DNA of 64,000 nt from Pseudomonadota bacterium (GTDB taxonomy: Bacteria; Desulfobacterota; Desulfobacteria; Desulfobacterales; Desulfobacteraceae), in assembly GCA_043827005.1 (NCBI GenBank), contig JBDRPM010000028.1:27006-91005 (forward strand). The letters run 5' to 3'. Below are positions 52,914-62,197 of this stretch, piece by piece. Below the pieces are notes generated by a model. The model ran no database searches and was not told the DNA's origin. It was given only the letters and a program-made list of their open reading frames with translations. The position numbers and the translations under genes were made by a program. Position 1 is the first letter of the stretch, and every line of letters begins with the position of its first letter.

Positions 52914-52982
52914 GTGATTTAACTCCTTTTATAAAATATTTAAAAAACCGACTCGTTCATCAATTTCGTGAGGTATAAACCC

Positions 52983-53477
52983 CTATTTAAACCGATCATC
53001 TGATGTGCGGACTGAAACCGTTTTCCTGGCCTCTTCAAGCCAGCCGGTGCTTACGCCCTCCTGGGGATCAAAATCCGGGACATACGGTTTAATATCCAAA
53101 AGCGGCGTACCATTCAAAATGTCTAAGTTCTGAATGTGCAGGATGTTGTTTTCTATCTTATCCAGCTTTACAATGGAAAGTCCGATGGGATTCGGACGCT
53201 TGGGCGCACGAGTGGCAAATACCCCCCGTGGCTCTGTATCCATGAAAGGCACAACCGTGAGGGAAAATTGCAGACTGCGATGAAAATGGTAAAGCAGCAC
53301 AATATGCGAAAATCCCTCCAGATCCTTCAGCCCGGCAGCGTATGCTTCATACACCTCGATACTGCCTTTTATGCCGGCTGCACCAGCCGGCTGAATCGGC
53401 ATTCCTTCAAGTTCCAGAAATGGGGAATGGATAATTCCAATAGGGTTGAATTCAACCTTCAATCTGTATGACCTCAT
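52983..53477 (-). CDS. tsaA: TsaA/TrmO-like SAM-binding protein
   Basis: PIGIIHSPF, GL.DLEGFSH, RGVFATRAP.RPNPIGLS, GTPLLDIKPY. Confidence 0.88.
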   Translation of the reverse strand: MRSYRLKVEFNPIGIIHSPFLELEGMPIQPAGAAGIKGSIEVYEAYAAGLKDLEGFSHIVLLYHFHRSLQFSLTVVPFMDTEPRGVFATRAPKRPNPIGLSIVKLDKIENNILHIQNLDILNGTPLLDIKPYVPDFDPQEGVSTGWLEEARKTVSVRTSDDRFK

Positions 53478-53566
53478 GCGAACAAAAGCTATCTATTTTG
53501 ACGTAATTGTCTGTTTCCATATATTATTTCATAGTTTAAATAACATTGGATTGTAAAAACAAGGCT

Positions 53567-55273
53567 CTATACAAAATCAGGATCGATTGCCAGGATAATG
53601 GAATGTCCGCCCTGAACATTCACAATATCAGCAAACCCTCGCTGACTAAGCAGAACCTGGCATTCATATGATCGTGCTCCAGTTCCACACACCAGACATA
53701 ACCGCCCCTTTGCCGGCACTTCATCAATTCGGGCCAATAGTTCAGACTGAGGGATATTAAGCCAGCGATCCTTATATTTTTCTGTAAACAGTTTCGTCTC
53801 TATGGGATCGCGAACATCCAGCACCTGAATCTCATTGTTTTTAAATAATTTTATAAAATAAATGGGATCCATTGTTTTGTTCCGGTATTCCAAAATATTG
53901 TCCAATACATTCCCTGCATTGTTGATAATGTCCATAGCTGATGCAAAAGGCGGGGCATATCCAACTTCAAGAACACATACATCGTCCACATTAAAATTAG
54001 ATCCAAGCAATGGAGCAACAGCATCCACCCTTGCTTTAATCGCATCCCCCTGGTTTCCAACCGCTTCAATTCCCAATATCTGACGGGTTTTCCGATCCGC
54101 AATCAACTTGATATACATCAGTTGGGATGATGGATAAAAATGAGCCCGATCCGGTTGGGATACAATCGCATGAACCGGATCAAATCCATTTGCTTTTGCC
54201 TGGGCAGATGTCAATCCTGCCTTGGCCACGCCCAGATCAAACACCTTGATGCAAAAAGATCCTACCATTCCTTTGAATTGACTTGCCCTGCCATGGATAT
54301 TATTGGCAATAACCCTGCCCTGGCGGTTGGCAAGAGATCCCAAAGGCATGGTCATGTTTTCTCCACTGACAAGATTTCGGAGTTCAACACAGTCACCACC
54401 GGCATAGATATCAGGATCAGTTGTTTTCATACAGCAATCTACAAGCAGTGCCCCGGAACGACCCACGGCCAGTCCTGCATCTGCTGCAAATTTTGTATTG
54501 GGTCGGACACCTGCAGACATTACCACCAGATCACACTCAAACGTGCCATTGTCTGTCTGGACCGCTGTAACCCCGGATTCAGGATCTCCCAAAATAGACG
54601 TCACCCTTTCCGACAGCCTGACTATAACGTCATGTTTTTCCAGTTGTCGTTGCACAATTTGTGAAATATTTTTACCCAGAGCTGCGCAAAGAACCTGATC
54701 AGCCATTTCGATAATGGTGGTTTCCACTCCCCAAAGGTCGGTCAGCGCTTCAGCCATTTCAATGCCAATGGCACCAGCACCGATAACCACAGCTTTGCCC
54801 ACTTGTCCACCAGCAATTTTGTCTTTGATACCCTTGGCATCATGAAGATTGGATACAGTGAAAACACCGGGCAGATTGACTCCCGGAATGGGGGGTCGAA
54901 AAGGAGTCGCACCCGTGGCGATCACAAGCTTATCATACACCAGAGACTCAGTCGCCCCGGTCTCAAGATGCCGGACATCCAGTTTTTTGTCTTTTCTGTT
55001 AATTCCAATGGCTTCAACCTGGGGGATAATTTTGATCCGTTTATCAGTTCTAAAAAATTCCGGGTTCCTGATCACATGGGATGAGGTTGAACAAAGACCT
55101 TCGATATCAGTTATATCACCGCCCACATAATAAGGAATGCCACAGCCCCCGTAAGAAATCAGATTATCCCGGTCTATGATGGTAATTTCAGCTTCAGGAT
55201 CGAGTCGTCGAAGCCTGCAACCAACTTTTGGCCCCAATGCAACCGCACCTACTATAATAATTTTTTTGCCCAT
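53567..55273 (-). CDS. FAD-dependent CoA-disulfide/persulfide reductase-like protein with C-terminal rhodanese domain
   Basis: SYGGCGIPY redox Cys, ATGA, GAGAIG, GGDC, YAPPF; rhodanese LDVR..CGTGARS. Confidence 0.88.
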   Translation of the reverse strand: MGKKIIIVGAVALGPKVGCRLRRLDPEAEITIIDRDNLISYGGCGIPYYVGGDITDIEGLCSTSSHVIRNPEFFRTDKRIKIIPQVEAIGINRKDKKLDVRHLETGATESLVYDKLVIATGATPFRPPIPGVNLPGVFTVSNLHDAKGIKDKIAGGQVGKAVVIGAGAIGIEMAEALTDLWGVETTIIEMADQVLCAALGKNISQIVQRQLEKHDVIVRLSERVTSILGDPESGVTAVQTDNGTFECDLVVMSAGVRPNTKFAADAGLAVGRSGALLVDCCMKTTDPDIYAGGDCVELRNLVSGENMTMPLGSLANRQGRVIANNIHGRASQFKGMVGSFCIKVFDLGVAKAGLTSAQAKANGFDPVHAIVSQPDRAHFYPSSQLMYIKLIADRKTRQILGIEAVGNQGDAIKARVDAVAPLLGSNFNVDDVCVLEVGYAPPFASAMDIINNAGNVLDNILEYRNKTMDPIYFIKLFKNNEIQVLDVRDPIETKLFTEKYKDRWLNIPQSELLARIDEVPAKGRLCLVCGTGARSYECQVLLSQRGFADIVNVQGGHSIILAIDPDFV

Positions 55274-55364
55274 ATATTCCCTTCCATCACCAATAGTCTG
55301 GTGATTTATCCTGCTCTTTTATGTTTAAAATTCTTTCTTCATATCATTATCTTGTGGCAATTAA

Positions 55365-55380
55365 AGCATATGCCATGCCA
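55365..55380 (-). promoter_or_regulatory. Sigma-54 promoter of the persulfide-reductase-like operon
   Basis: TGGCATGGCATATGCT with GG and GC at correct spacing, about 90 bp upstream of the start codon. Confidence 0.6.
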
Positions 55381-55673
55381 ATACATTGACTTGCCATAAT
55401 CGTATTTGGTTTCTCAAATAAATGTTATTGGCGACGTACACTTTAATCCAACAAAAAAAACATGTATCATATTATACCACAATAGAAAACACTCAAATAA
55501 CTTTTAAAAAGTCGCAATTTTTAAACATTTTGTAGTTTAAGGGTCGCAAATATGCATTGTTAAACAGCTCAATCCAATAAATCATCTGATTGATTGCATC
55601 ATAATCCTTTTTGCTGTAATTTAATTTTGTATGCGCTTTTCAAAAACATTTCAGAATTCAGGAGATTTGAAGC

Positions 55674-56837
55674 ATGTCCAGTTCACAATCCTTAAAAACG
55701 ATTATTTTATTTTTATCGCTTATTGCATTGGTGGTTATCCTGTCAATCATTTCCGGAAAATTCTGGGGTGGAAAGCCTGAAACCATACCAACGCCTGGAG
55801 AATGGACAATTAGCGAACAAATGACCCTGGAAAGTTTTGGAAAAACCAATGGTTTGTCCAACCCTGCGCTTAAACAAATATTTGAACTTCAGACCAAATC
55901 AGATCTTCAAAAGAAATTACCTGAATTCGGCACAAGTGAACAGATCAAAGCTCTGGTTATCAAAAAACTTGCCTTGGCGGCAGAGCATGAAACCAAAAAT
56001 TGGGTAAAAATTCTGATTAAATTTTGCCTGTGGCTCACGTTTCTAATTGCAGTCTTTATGTTATTCAACAAACACAAAGTCACTTCGACCATCAGAAACA
56101 CCACCCTTTTTATTTCGATATTGATTTTCGGCGTCATCATGGGATCTGATCCAAGTCCCATGGGAACTGTGAAAGATGCCATTCATTTATACGGTTCTGC
56201 TGGTGCTGTGTTTCCGCCTCGCATGATCGCCCTTGCAATCTTTCTGATATTTGTCTTTGTTGCCAATAAATATATTTGTGCATGGGGCTGCCAGGCAGGT
56301 GTTCTACAAGATCTGATATTTCGGATTAATCAAACAGCGAAGAAAAAAGGTATTATAGGCCGACAAATTAAAGTGCCCTTTGTTTTATCCAACAGCGTCC
56401 GGATTGTTTTTCTGGGTATATTTACACTTGTTGCGTTTACATGGGGTGCTGATATTATCGATCCATTTGATCCCTTCAAAATATATAAGCCGCTTTACCT
56501 ATCCTTGACCGGTATTGTTTTTGTTGGGATACTGCTTATCATGAGCCTGTTTATCTATCGACCGTGGTGCCATTTCTTCTGCCCTTTCGGCCTTTTGGGA
56601 TGGCTTGTTGAAAAGACCAGCCGGATAAAGATAAGTGTTGATTATCAGACCTGCATTGCGTGTCAAAAATGTGCGACAGTTTGTCCGTCAACCGTCATGG
56701 AAGCAATTTTAAAACAAAACCAGAAAACCATTCCGGACTGTTTTGCCTGCTATGCCTGCAGGGATGCCTGCCCGACTGAATCAATCCGTTTTTCAACCAG
56801 AAAAAGGACATTACCATTGCTTAAGCATTTTGATTAA
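55674..56837 (+). CDS. Membrane 4Fe-4S-binding protein (NapH/MauN-like)
   Basis: Several TM helices, CAWGCQAG, WCHFFCPFG, two CxxCxxCxxxCP motifs. Confidence 0.85.
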   Translation: MSSSQSLKTIILFLSLIALVVILSIISGKFWGGKPETIPTPGEWTISEQMTLESFGKTNGLSNPALKQIFELQTKSDLQKKLPEFGTSEQIKALVIKKLALAAEHETKNWVKILIKFCLWLTFLIAVFMLFNKHKVTSTIRNTTLFISILIFGVIMGSDPSPMGTVKDAIHLYGSAGAVFPPRMIALAIFLIFVFVANKYICAWGCQAGVLQDLIFRINQTAKKKGIIGRQIKVPFVLSNSVRIVFLGIFTLVAFTWGADIIDPFDPFKIYKPLYLSLTGIVFVGILLIMSLFIYRPWCHFFCPFGLLGWLVEKTSRIKISVDYQTCIACQKCATVCPSTVMEAILKQNQKTIPDCFACYACRDACPTESIRFSTRKRTLPLLKHFD

Positions 56838-56844
56838 ATTGATA

Positions 56845-56885
56845 AACAATACCGGCAACACGGATATACGGTTACCGGTATTGTT
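56845..56885. terminator. Hairpin between convergent genes
   Basis: AACAATACCGG..CCGGTATTGTT. Confidence 0.6.
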
Positions 56886-56903
56886 GGGAAAAAATCGGTT
56901 TAG

Positions 56904-57278
56904 TTAATAAACAAAGATCGCATTTGCCTTAAGCGCCATGAGATTCACCTGGGCGGCAGCTGTAATTTTTGCACCTTCAGGCAGCTCGGATTCAATTAAG
57001 TTGCGTGCTTTGATACAGGGCCCACAGACATGCAGTTCCCCTCCAAGCTCAAGAAAATCATTAAACAACTTGCCTATGTGGGGAAACCCTCCCCCAGGCA
57101 GCATATTTTTCCGGTAATCTTCTCCGGCAAGATAAACCCCATTGCCCTGGAGGACAACAATTGCCTTAATATCCATTGACAAGGCACCATTGGCCATGAC
57201 AAAAGGCATGCAGGCTTTTTCCGGATTATCACCAGCGTGAGTTGCAAAGTACATGATTGTTTCAACAGTTTGAGTCAT
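56904..57278 (-). CDS. DsrE-family sulfur relay protein
   Basis: PEKACMPF, LQGNGV, VCGPC..R. Confidence 0.85.
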   Translation of the reverse strand: MTQTVETIMYFATHAGDNPEKACMPFVMANGALSMDIKAIVVLQGNGVYLAGEDYRKNMLPGGGFPHIGKLFNDFLELGGELHVCGPCIKARNLIESELPEGAKITAAAQVNLMALKANAIFVY

Positions 57279-57322
57279 TTTGTTCTCCTTAAATGTGTTA
57301 TTTTTTTAATTTGTTTGAAAAA

Positions 57323-58258
57323 TTAGGCATGTCTGGACAATAACGTGGATAAATCCTCAACATTGGCACCTGATTTTTTAAGGTTCCCAAGGCAGATAGG
57401 ACAATAGGCAATAATTGGTTTCCCAGTCTTTTTCAACTCTTCTACCCGTTTTTCCATGATTTCATTGGAAAGCTTGGGGGAAACAGATTCCGCAGGCCCG
57501 CCGCAACAACTTGTAAATTCGCCCTGATTTCTAATATTGGTTACCGATATTCCCATGTTGGAAAGCGTTTTTCTGGGCATGTCTGACAATTGAAGATATC
57601 TGCCGAAAAAACAAGGGTCATGGAGTGTAACCTCAAGACCACAATTTTTGGGTTCAAGATTAAGAAGCTCAAAATATTGTTTTACCTCAAAACTGATGCC
57701 TGTGTATTTGGGATAAAGTTCTTTCAAGGCATAAGCCGTATGGGGATCAAGGGTAATGATTTTTTTAATCCCGGCCTGTTGAAGCTGTTGTGCGATTTTT
57801 TTGGCATGGGCAATAAAGCCTTCCTGGTCTCCCATATCATACAGAAGGATGCCTGAATAATCGTCAAGATCAGGTCGATAACCAAAATCCACCTTTGATT
57901 TCCGGAGAAGAGACGTAATATTGATCAGAGTTTGTCCGGCATGCTGTCTTTCTTTTCTTTTTGTCACCATTGTTATTATGGCAAGAACCAACCCTAAAAG
58001 ATAAGCAGGCAATAATGTAACATATTTTAAAAAACCGGCCATTTTGCTGCCTTCATATTTTTCAAGATATTGAGTTGATTTTTCAATAAACGGAGTAAAC
58101 TGATACATCAACCCTGTGAACAACAAATACTCACCTTGATCCGGCAGGCCGATCTTTTTATACCATTTGTTTGCCATAAATTTGGGGATACCAAACGGGC
58201 TTTTTGTCTGTTTTACATTGTGGGCCAAAATTTCAATAATATCTCTGGGATTAAACAT
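57323..58258 (-). CDS. CCG-domain (HdrB/HdrD-like) Fe-S protein
   Basis: Second CCG module intact (HDPC, CCGG, CPIC); first module has no cysteines. Confidence 0.82.
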   Translation of the reverse strand: MFNPRDIIEILAHNVKQTKSPFGIPKFMANKWYKKIGLPDQGEYLLFTGLMYQFTPFIEKSTQYLEKYEGSKMAGFLKYVTLLPAYLLGLVLAIITMVTKRKERQHAGQTLINITSLLRKSKVDFGYRPDLDDYSGILLYDMGDQEGFIAHAKKIAQQLQQAGIKKIITLDPHTAYALKELYPKYTGISFEVKQYFELLNLEPKNCGLEVTLHDPCFFGRYLQLSDMPRKTLSNMGISVTNIRNQGEFTSCCGGPAESVSPKLSNEIMEKRVEELKKTGKPIIAYCPICLGNLKKSGANVEDLSTLLSRHA

Positions 58259-58261
58259 GAT

Positions 58262-58564
58262 TTATATTTTCCTCCAGTTTGCGAGAACCAGTCGTTTGAG
58301 ACCAAGAATGATTTCACCAGGATCTGCCTGCCGCGGACAGGTATGGGTACACAGCCCGCAGTGAAGACAGCGCCAGAGGTCTTCATAGTTTTCAATAATT
58401 TTATCCCTGGCACCCACTTGAACATATCGAATCATTTTTCTTGGAAAATTATCATCAACAAGGGGACAGATTGCAGCGCATGTCCCGCAGTTAAAACACT
58501 CAAGTGCCGTGTCCTGAGTGTATTGTTTCAGCTCTTGTACAAAATCCAAATTTACCAAACTCAT
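58262..58564 (-). CDS. HdrC-like 2x[4Fe-4S] protein
   Basis: CFNCGTCAAICP, PRKMIR, WRCLHCGLCTHTCP. Confidence 0.88.
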   Translation of the reverse strand: MSLVNLDFVQELKQYTQDTALECFNCGTCAAICPLVDDNFPRKMIRYVQVGARDKIIENYEDLWRCLHCGLCTHTCPRQADPGEIILGLKRLVLANWRKI

Positions 58565-58565
58565 A

Positions 58566-58889
58566 TCAGACCTCTGCTTTTACCTGGGTTTTTTCCAATT
58601 CATTCAGTGCATATTTAAAAAAAGATCCCTCTTTTTGGGATTCAATAATCTGGCCGTATTTTTTCATGGTCGCGACATACCAAAGCGTTTTATCTTTTGG
58701 CAGATCTATTCCTTTGGCAATATCAGGAATGGTTGCTGCCCCGCCCTTTAAAAAATCTTTGATCGCATTGATATCTTTTTTCTGGTTTTTCATTGTTGAA
58801 GAGGCAGCCGCAATAAGATCCTTTCTTTGGGCACGCAGTTCTTTTATGGCTGTTTTTTTCGCTTCTTTATGTTGTTCATTGTCTGTCAT
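58566..58889 (-). CDS. Small winged-helix protein
   Basis: TIPDIAKGIDL....LWYVATMKKYG wHTH pattern after a basic helix. Confidence 0.7.
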   Translation of the reverse strand: MTDNEQHKEAKKTAIKELRAQRKDLIAAASSTMKNQKKDINAIKDFLKGGAATIPDIAKGIDLPKDKTLWYVATMKKYGQIIESQKEGSFFKYALNELEKTQVKAEV

Positions 58890-58928
58890 TTTTGATTTTC
58901 CCTAATTAAAAGAAATGATGTTAAACAA

Positions 58929-60728
58929 TCAAGCTGCAAATCCATCTGAAACAATGGCATCCACCATATCTTCATATTGTTTTAATGCCCATCCATTGAT
59001 ATCAATGGCTTTTTCAGGACAAACAGCAGCGCAGGCACCGCATCCCAAACACATGGCCGCTTCTACCCGGGCTTTTTTAACGGATTGCCCATCAATTTCC
59101 ATGTTGATAAGGGTCACCGCACCTTCTTTAAGACAAGCATCTACACAGGCACCATGGCCCTGGCATTTGTCAATATCCACCTGGGCCACAAAAGGATCAA
59201 GTTCAATATATCCCTTGCTCAACAGGGCAGATGCTTTTACGGCTGCAGCACCTGCAGCATTGCAGGTTTCACCTGTATCCATGGGGGCCTGACAGGTACC
59301 GGCAAGAAAAATTCCAGAAATAGGAAGCTCAACAGGCCTGAGTTTAGGATGCACCTCCAAAAGGAACCTGTCAGTTCCAATGGGAAGCTTCATCATTGAG
59401 GCCAGATCTGAAACATCATCCGGTTCAATACCGGTTGCCAGCACAACCAGATCTGCCGGAACCTGCATTTGTTCATTAAAGGTCAAACTGTCTTTAATCG
59501 TAACCTGTAATGGATACTGGGAATCTTGACTTTTGCTGACTTTTGGTGGGGCATCTGCTTCAAAACGCATGAAAACAACCTTGTTTTTCGATGCATGGGT
59601 ATACAATTCTTCCTGCCCTCTGCCATAAGTCCGGATATCTCTATACATTTCATAAATTCCGGTTTCAGCAAATTTTTCTTTAATCTGATTGGATGTATTC
59701 AGCATGGCTGTACAACATGTTCTGGAGCAGTACTCGTTAAGCTCTCCATTGTCTTTAGGCGTATGAATCCCAGGGATCTGCCGGCTGCCCACACAATGGA
59801 TCATGACCATGTTTTTAATGGGTTTTCCGTTAACTTCAAGCATGGAACCAGATGATTTGTTTTCTTTTAAAATCTGTATCAATGCCTGGAGGGTAATTAC
59901 TTCCCTGTGCTGATCAAAACCGAATTCGCCTTTAAACGGCGTATAGGGAACTGATCCTGAGGCCATGACAATGGCACCGGTTTCCATAGTAAAGGTTCTG
60001 TCTTGATCTTTTTGTGTTTTTGTCATTGTCAGGTTGAAATTGCCCACATATCCGGTCACAGCATCGATTTTAGTATTTGTATGGATCGTAATGGCATGAT
60101 GGTCAAAAATCTGGTCCAATAGTTCTTTGAGGATGTCGGATGCTTTTTTTCCAAACGGAGCAAGTCTGTCAAGAAAATTGAGCCGTCCACCCAGAGCAGG
60201 TAATTTTTCAATAAGTGTGACCTCAATTCCTTTTTGAGCAATATCCAGTGCTGTTTTAAGTCCGGCAATGCCGCCCCCGATAATGGTTGTATGCTTTTTG
60301 GCTTCCACACGGATCGGTTCTAGTGGTTTCAATTGTTTTGCCTTGGCTGCAGCAGATGCAATAAGGACAGAGGCCTTGTCTGTGGCAGCATCCCCATGGT
60401 GGACCCAGGAAACCTGTTCCCTGATATTGGCATGTTCATAAATAAACGGATTGGACCCTGCTCTTTTAATGGCTTCCCGGAAAGTGCTTTCATGAAGGCT
60501 GGGGGCACAGGATGCCACAACCACCCGATCAATTTTCCCGCTTTTTAAATCCTCTATGATCAGTTCCTGACCCGGATCAGAACACATGAACATATTGGTA
60601 CGGGCCACTGATACATTCGGCATTTTTTCAGCCCGGTTTCTGACTTCTTCAACATCCACATGATCCGAAATATTGCCCCCGCAATAGCAGATGTAAACAC
60701 CGATTTTCTTATTGTTTTGTGTCATCAT
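58929..60728 (-). CDS. HdrA-like flavoprotein 2 (N-terminal Fe-S domain, FAD domain, C-terminal ferredoxin)
   Basis: GVYICYCGGNI, CSDPGQ, ASCAP, NIRE, GGGIAG, HCVGSR, CSRTCC, YRDIRTYG, C-terminal CxxxxxCxxxC and CxxCxxCxxxCP. Confidence 0.9.
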   Translation of the reverse strand: MMTQNNKKIGVYICYCGGNISDHVDVEEVRNRAEKMPNVSVARTNMFMCSDPGQELIIEDLKSGKIDRVVVASCAPSLHESTFREAIKRAGSNPFIYEHANIREQVSWVHHGDAATDKASVLIASAAAKAKQLKPLEPIRVEAKKHTTIIGGGIAGLKTALDIAQKGIEVTLIEKLPALGGRLNFLDRLAPFGKKASDILKELLDQIFDHHAITIHTNTKIDAVTGYVGNFNLTMTKTQKDQDRTFTMETGAIVMASGSVPYTPFKGEFGFDQHREVITLQALIQILKENKSSGSMLEVNGKPIKNMVMIHCVGSRQIPGIHTPKDNGELNEYCSRTCCTAMLNTSNQIKEKFAETGIYEMYRDIRTYGRGQEELYTHASKNKVVFMRFEADAPPKVSKSQDSQYPLQVTIKDSLTFNEQMQVPADLVVLATGIEPDDVSDLASMMKLPIGTDRFLLEVHPKLRPVELPISGIFLAGTCQAPMDTGETCNAAGAAAVKASALLSKGYIELDPFVAQVDIDKCQGHGACVDACLKEGAVTLINMEIDGQSVKKARVEAAMCLGCGACAAVCPEKAIDINGWALKQYEDMVDAIVSDGFAA

Positions 60729-62035
60729 TTATTCTCCATCATACGATTGGACATGAATTTTGCAGCTTCCATGGCAGCTGACCCTGATTCTGTGATGGTG
60801 TCCACGATATCTTTGGGCCCTGCTGCAGCGCCGGCAACAAAAAGGCCTTCCATATCCGTGAGCACAGGTGATATGTTGGGTTTTATGGAGGTGATAAATT
60901 GATCAGAATCCTTGGAAACAGGGCAGATGGATTCAGGATTCCAGCCCGGAATCATCCCCATGGAAAGAACCACCAGATCATGGTCAGCTGTTGCAATACC
61001 AGACCCATCCTGTCGTTCATACCGGACCTGGGCTTGTCCATTTTCACCTTGATCAATCCGTGCAACCTTGGCTTTGACAAATTCAATGCCCATGGCCTTT
61101 GCATTTTGATAAAATTGTTCATATCCTTTCCCAAACGCCCGGATATCCATGTAATAAATAATAATATCGGCCATTGGAAGAGAGCCTGACAGCAGCATGG
61201 CCTGTTTGATGGCATACATGCAGCAGACTCTGGAACAATAGGAAACCCCCATGCTTTTGTCTCTTGACCCGGCACATTGAACATAAGCAATGGAATCAGG
61301 TTCCATGCCGTCTGAAGGCCGTAATACTCGATTGTAAGGGCCATGGGGAGCCAGAAGTCTTTCCATCTGCAGAGAATCAATCACATTGGGTATGGCACCA
61401 CTGCCGTATTGAACATTATTTTGAACGGGAAGTAATTCAAATCCCGTTGCAATAACAGCTGTTTTCGCCTTGATGATAAACGGTTCAGGTTTTTGAAAAT
61501 AATCAATGGCGTTTGTGGGACATGTTTTTTCACATTGTCCGCACAGCATACAATGGTCTATGTCCAATACCGGCAGTTGGGGGATGGCATTTGAAAAAGG
61601 AATTGAAATCGCTTTTCCGGCACTGAACCCTCCTTGTTCCATATCCGGCACATGGATTGGGCAAACATATTCGCATTGCCTGCATCCAATGCATTTAACC
61701 GGGTCAACATACCTTGGGTTTTGAATAACCAGGGCGTTTATACCAAAATCCCCCCCAGACGTATCATGGGTTAACGAGGTAAGATCACAATAAGTGAACA
61801 AGGTGATATTTGCATGGTGGGCTGCTGCTGACATTTTGGGGGTGGTGATACAGCTTGCACAATCAAGGGTGGGAAATACTTTTGAAAGACGGATCATTTT
61901 CCCCCCAATAGATGTATCTTTTTCCACAACAGCAACTGTATACCCTTGATCGCCAAGATCCAAAGCTGTCTGTAATCCTGCAATGCCGCCGCCCACAACA
62001 AGCGTGTCAAAATTTTTTATATTAGTGGGAACCAT
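60725..62035 (-). CDS. HdrA-like flavoprotein 1 (FAD domain with inserted 2x[4Fe-4S] ferredoxin)
   Basis: GGGIAG, KVFPTLDCASC, two CxxCxxCxxxCP, QCAGSRD, CSRVCCMYAIK, YMDIRAFGK, GPKDI. Confidence 0.92.
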   Translation of the reverse strand: MVPTNIKNFDTLVVGGGIAGLQTALDLGDQGYTVAVVEKDTSIGGKMIRLSKVFPTLDCASCITTPKMSAAAHHANITLFTYCDLTSLTHDTSGGDFGINALVIQNPRYVDPVKCIGCRQCEYVCPIHVPDMEQGGFSAGKAISIPFSNAIPQLPVLDIDHCMLCGQCEKTCPTNAIDYFQKPEPFIIKAKTAVIATGFELLPVQNNVQYGSGAIPNVIDSLQMERLLAPHGPYNRVLRPSDGMEPDSIAYVQCAGSRDKSMGVSYCSRVCCMYAIKQAMLLSGSLPMADIIIYYMDIRAFGKGYEQFYQNAKAMGIEFVKAKVARIDQGENGQAQVRYERQDGSGIATADHDLVVLSMGMIPGWNPESICPVSKDSDQFITSIKPNISPVLTDMEGLFVAGAAAGPKDIVDTITESGSAAMEAAKFMSNRMMENK

Positions 62036-62197
62036 TCAATCCTCTCGAAAATTTTATGTTTGGCGTTCACTGTCCTGAAAAGGACAGTGAACTTTATCAT
62101 TGATCTATTCTTGGAAAACGAAAGCGGGCGATACCCGCAACCCATGTCCACTCCTCAGTTTCTTGTTTTTTTGACACAAACGGAGGAGAGTAAGTCG
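62036..62197 (-). other. Structured intra-operon element (three hairpins)
   Basis: Perfect 12-bp hairpin 62065-62092; GCGGG/CCCGC hairpin 62124-62138 with U-rich tail on the minus strand; CTCCTC/GAGGAG hairpin 62151-62188. Confidence 0.6.
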
